A DNA stretch of 64,000 bases, taken from positions 124,001 through 188,000 of the forward strand of contig NW_021825194.1 in the NCBI RefSeq assembly GCF_006345805.1, written 5' to 3'. The translations under genes were made by a program, and so were the position numbers. The notes under the pieces were generated by a model. It was not told the origin of the DNA. It was given only the letters and a program-made list of their open reading frames with translations, and searched no databases. This DNA is from Octopus sinensis (lineage: Eukaryota). Positions 60,952 to 64,000 of this stretch are shown here, piece by piece; within the stretch, counting starts at the first letter, position 1; the number at the start of each line of letters is the position of its first letter.

Positions 60952-60980
60952 ATATAATATATATATATATGTACATATAT
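60790..60980. repeat. (TA)n microsatellite
   Basis: Direct inspection. Confidence 0.95.
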
Positions 60981-61429
60981 ACTTCCGGCTTTCGTAGAGT
61001 AAACACGTGTTGTCTCGCTCTGCGATAAAAAAACAAGAAGGGCTGCATAAAGTCGACGAAATAACTTGGCAAATCACTCACAAAACGTAGAAATTGTTAC
61101 TTTATAGACGTGTACCTGGATATTTGCTTAAAAACCGCAATATATTTCTGCCACAAGTCAAGTATTGACACAAAAGATCTCTTCCTGTCGAAACGCACGT
61201 GGAATCTTCTAAATTTATTTCCAGTCGATAAGTACCCTAATTCCTGTTTATATCTCCGCAAAAAAAAAAAAAACGTATCACAAATTCTTGTTTTACTGTT
61301 AATTTCGTTATATCTATTATCTATAAATTACCTGTTACTCTGTTTATTTATGTATATGCGTACATGTGCGTATATGTCTGTATGTATATGTATGTGTGTG
61401 TGTGTTAGAAGTAGAATCGTATTGTAGTT

Positions 61430-62000
61430 TTATCTTAAGAGACATTGTCTGTAGCGACGGGCAAATAAATATATATTTCCATTTCTCTTTCTTTGCTTGA
61501 ACTCTGTAAACCTCCTGGCGTGTTTTCTTTCAGCTGTTTTATTATTATTATTATTAGAAGTATAGTCGCAATTAGTTTTATTATAGAAGAATTTGTCTGT
61601 TGCGACGGACAAATATATATATTTCCATTTCTCTTTTCCTCTGCTTAGATATATATGTGTGTGTATATATATGTATATGTATTATATATATATGTATGTG
61701 TATATATTATATGTATATGTATAAACTCTGTAAAATCTCTTGGCTTGTTTTCTTTCAGCTGTTTTATTATTATTATTATTTTATTTTATTATCTATTATT
61801 ATTATCACTATTATTATTATGTGTGTGTATACATATATATGTATATATGTTGTGTATATATGTGTGTGTGTATATACTATATATATATATATAAACTCTG
61901 TAAAATCTCCTGGCCTGTTTTCTTTCAGCTGTTTTATTATTATTATTATTTTATTATTTCTTACTATTATTACTTTTGTTTATATATGTATTATTATTAT
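61430..62000. repeat. Imperfect tandem triplication of a 170-230 bp low-complexity unit
   Basis: AACTCTGTAAA..TGG..TTTTCTTTCAGCTGTTTT(ATT)n recurs at about 61500, 61725 and 61895. Confidence 0.75.
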
Positions 62001-62103
62001 TATTGTTTCTTTATATACTCACTTGTTACTCTTGTCTATATATGTGCATGTGCACACGTGTATACATGTGTGTATGTGTGTGTGTGTGTATACATGTGTA
62101 TGT

Positions 62104-62400
62104 CCCAATAGCTTCGTTTAGAATTCTGTCTGTCTCTTCAGTTCTCTCCCTTACGCCTCTCTGTCTGTCTCTTCAGTTCTCTCCCTTACGCTTCACTGTC
62201 TGTCTCTTCAGTTCTCTCCCTTACGCCCCTCCTTGGCCCAATAGCTTCGTTTAGAATTCTGTCTGTCTCTTCAGATCTCTCCCTTACGCTTCTCTGTCTG
62301 TCTCTTCAGTTCTCTCCCTTACGCTTCTCTGTCTGTCTCTTCAGTTCTCTCCCTTACGCTTCTCTGTCTGTCTCTTCAGTTCTCTCCCTTACGCCTCTCC
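62104..62400 (+). repeat. 35-bp pyrimidine-rich minisatellite arranged as a higher-order repeat (3 + 4 units)
   Basis: CTGTCTGTCTCTTCAGTTCTCTCCCTTACGCTTCT occurs seven times; each block is headed by CCCAATAGCTTCGTTTAGAATT. Confidence 0.9.
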
Positions 62401-62656
62401 TTGTCGCTTCTACCTTACTCTCCTCTCTCAGCTCTCAATCTCTCTCTGAGGGCATAGACGCTTTCTCTATCTTCCTTCAGCTCTCAGTCTCTCCTCTTCC
62501 TCTTCTCTCTTGCTCTCTTCTCTTGGCTCCCAATCTCCCCTTAAGTACATAGACGCTCTCTTTCTCTATTACCCCTACCCCCCCTATTGCACTATTGGAT
62601 TAATATAAATTAATATAATTAGATAGATAGATAGATAGATAGATAAAATATCAAGA

Positions 62657-63547
62657 ATGTCCAGAGCCTGGAAACGTGATGAACTGGCGTGGTTCCTGCG
62701 AGGATGGCAATGCGCTGACGGAGAAAGTCCAAGTAACATAATTGCGGCAGCACTAAGGAACAAAGGATTCAAAAGGACGTCAGCACAAATAGAGCGGAAG
62801 AGGCGAGAGTTCGTACGCTCATACGCACTTGTCAGATCGCACATAAACACACTGGATGCCATTTTTAACAGCGAAAAACGCGAACAAAGTAAAGATGGCA
62901 AGGATGGAGACGCGGGCGCAGATGAGGAGGGTCACCCCCACCTGGTGGACGCCCAGGAAGAAAACTCCAGCGAGAGGCCTGCCCGGGAGGTGAACCCAGG
63001 TGCGGATGCTCCTACCGGCACCAAAAGCCATGGACATGGAGATGAAGAAGCCCAAAAAAGAGGAAAAACTGAAGCTAAAACTCAGACAAAGCCAAGGGGC
63101 AAGGCAGCCAGGGATAGAGGCAAACCTAACTATCCATATGCCAAAAAGGATGGAAACAAGCAGCGCACACGGGTATGTAGATTCTACCTGAAAGGTGCCT
63201 GCCGGCATGGAGAGGAAGGTGCAGGCTGCCGCTTTGCACATCCGGGACCCTGCCACAGAAACCAACCACCGAAAGGAAATGGGATGGACCACGCATCACC
63301 TGCCCCAAAACGGAGGTACGCAGATGTGGTGCGTACCACAAACCACCAACGTGTTGTTGAAAGGGCAGCTGCTGAGCAGGAATCTTTTTTGTGCATGGCA
63401 CAAAAGATTGTACAGCAGCTAACCTGGCTCCATCAGGCTCAGGCTCGCAGATGGAACTGCCCACGGTTCACAAGACCGCCACAGCAGATGGACCCAGGGT
63501 GGACACCGCCGGCAACAGCATACACCTCACCTCGATGCTCCTACTGA
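62657..63547 (+). CDS. LINE ORF1 (296 aa): N-terminal Myb/SANT-like trihelix region and CCCH zinc finger
   Basis: WKRDELAWFL..W..IAAALRNKGFKRTSAQIERKRREFVRSY; CRFYLKGACRHGEEGAGCRFAH; overlaps the start of an APE ORF. Confidence 0.7.
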   Translation: MSRAWKRDELAWFLRGWQCADGESPSNIIAAALRNKGFKRTSAQIERKRREFVRSYALVRSHINTLDAIFNSEKREQSKDGKDGDAGADEEGHPHLVDAQEENSSERPAREVNPGADAPTGTKSHGHGDEEAQKRGKTEAKTQTKPRGKAARDRGKPNYPYAKKDGNKQRTRVCRFYLKGACRHGEEGAGCRFAHPGPCHRNQPPKGNGMDHASPAPKRRYADVVRTTNHQRVVERAAAEQESFLCMAQKIVQQLTWLHQAQARRWNCPRFTRPPQQMDPGWTPPATAYTSPRCSY

Positions 63548-64000
63548 ACATCAGAGGACTACTACCATACAGTAACAGACTTTGTCGCATGCAATCAAGC
63601 CTTATGCATAGCACTCACAGAAACGCATCTGAAACCGGACATAGCAGATGCGGAATTACACATACCACAGTATGTTGTACTACGGACCGACAGGAAAGAA
63701 AGGAGTCATGGAGGAGTTGCTATGTACATCCGTGGGGACCTCACACCCCAGGTCCTTTTGTCATACTCAAACTCGGTGTGTGACACACTAATTGTACACA
63801 TAAGGCAACTTGATGTAGTTGTGTGTGCTACATATCGCCCTCCAGATGCCCCAAGTCATATGGGCAAGTTTGAGGACTGCCTTTTAAAAATAGAAGAAGT
63901 TCTAACCACATTAGAACAACACGTAAGTGTACTTCTCATGGGAGACTTCAATCTACCGAATGTCAGATGGCCCGAGGGCCTTTCTCTCCCAGGAATGACA
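63535..64000 (+). pseudogene. CR1-group LINE ORF2 start (APE domain), frameshifted near 63590, runs off the window end
   Basis: MLLLNIRGL, IALTETHL, LRTDRKERSHGGVAMYIR, YRPP, MGDFNLP. Confidence 0.85.

Noticed and set aside
62110-62400. CTGAAGA repeated on the minus strand of the 35-bp minisatellite as a possible hammerhead array
   Set aside because: No stem II, no GAAA and no stem I/III pairing.

Overview
Repeat-dominated, AT-rich eukaryotic DNA. The SINE and microsatellite content resembles an octopus/cephalopod genome (inference from recalled repeat motifs, not verified). No host gene exon could be supported; nearly every recognisable ORF belongs to a retroelement. Contents: Penelope-like elements (PLEs) of at least four families, including a minus-strand chain of three ORF1+RT/GIY-YIG units (30.7-44.2 kb) with one apparently intact copy; four CR1-group LINE copies or fragments; a near full-length Tx1/L1-clade element inserted with a 10-bp TSD into the tRNA-like head of a SINE; a cluster of R4/Dong-type fragments in (TAA)n; Helitron-like and MITE-like non-autonomous elements; many microsatellites. 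Most notable: (1) a non-coding 489-bp tandem array (13.2-15.3 kb) carrying five complete type I hammerhead ribozymes with an unusually long stem II, i.e. a candidate retrozyme/circular-RNA system with a fold-back inversion; (2) two divergent two-ORF PLE families that both carry a T TTT TTA heptamer where ORF1 overlaps the RT ORF in the -1 frame, suggesting programmed ribosomal frameshifting.
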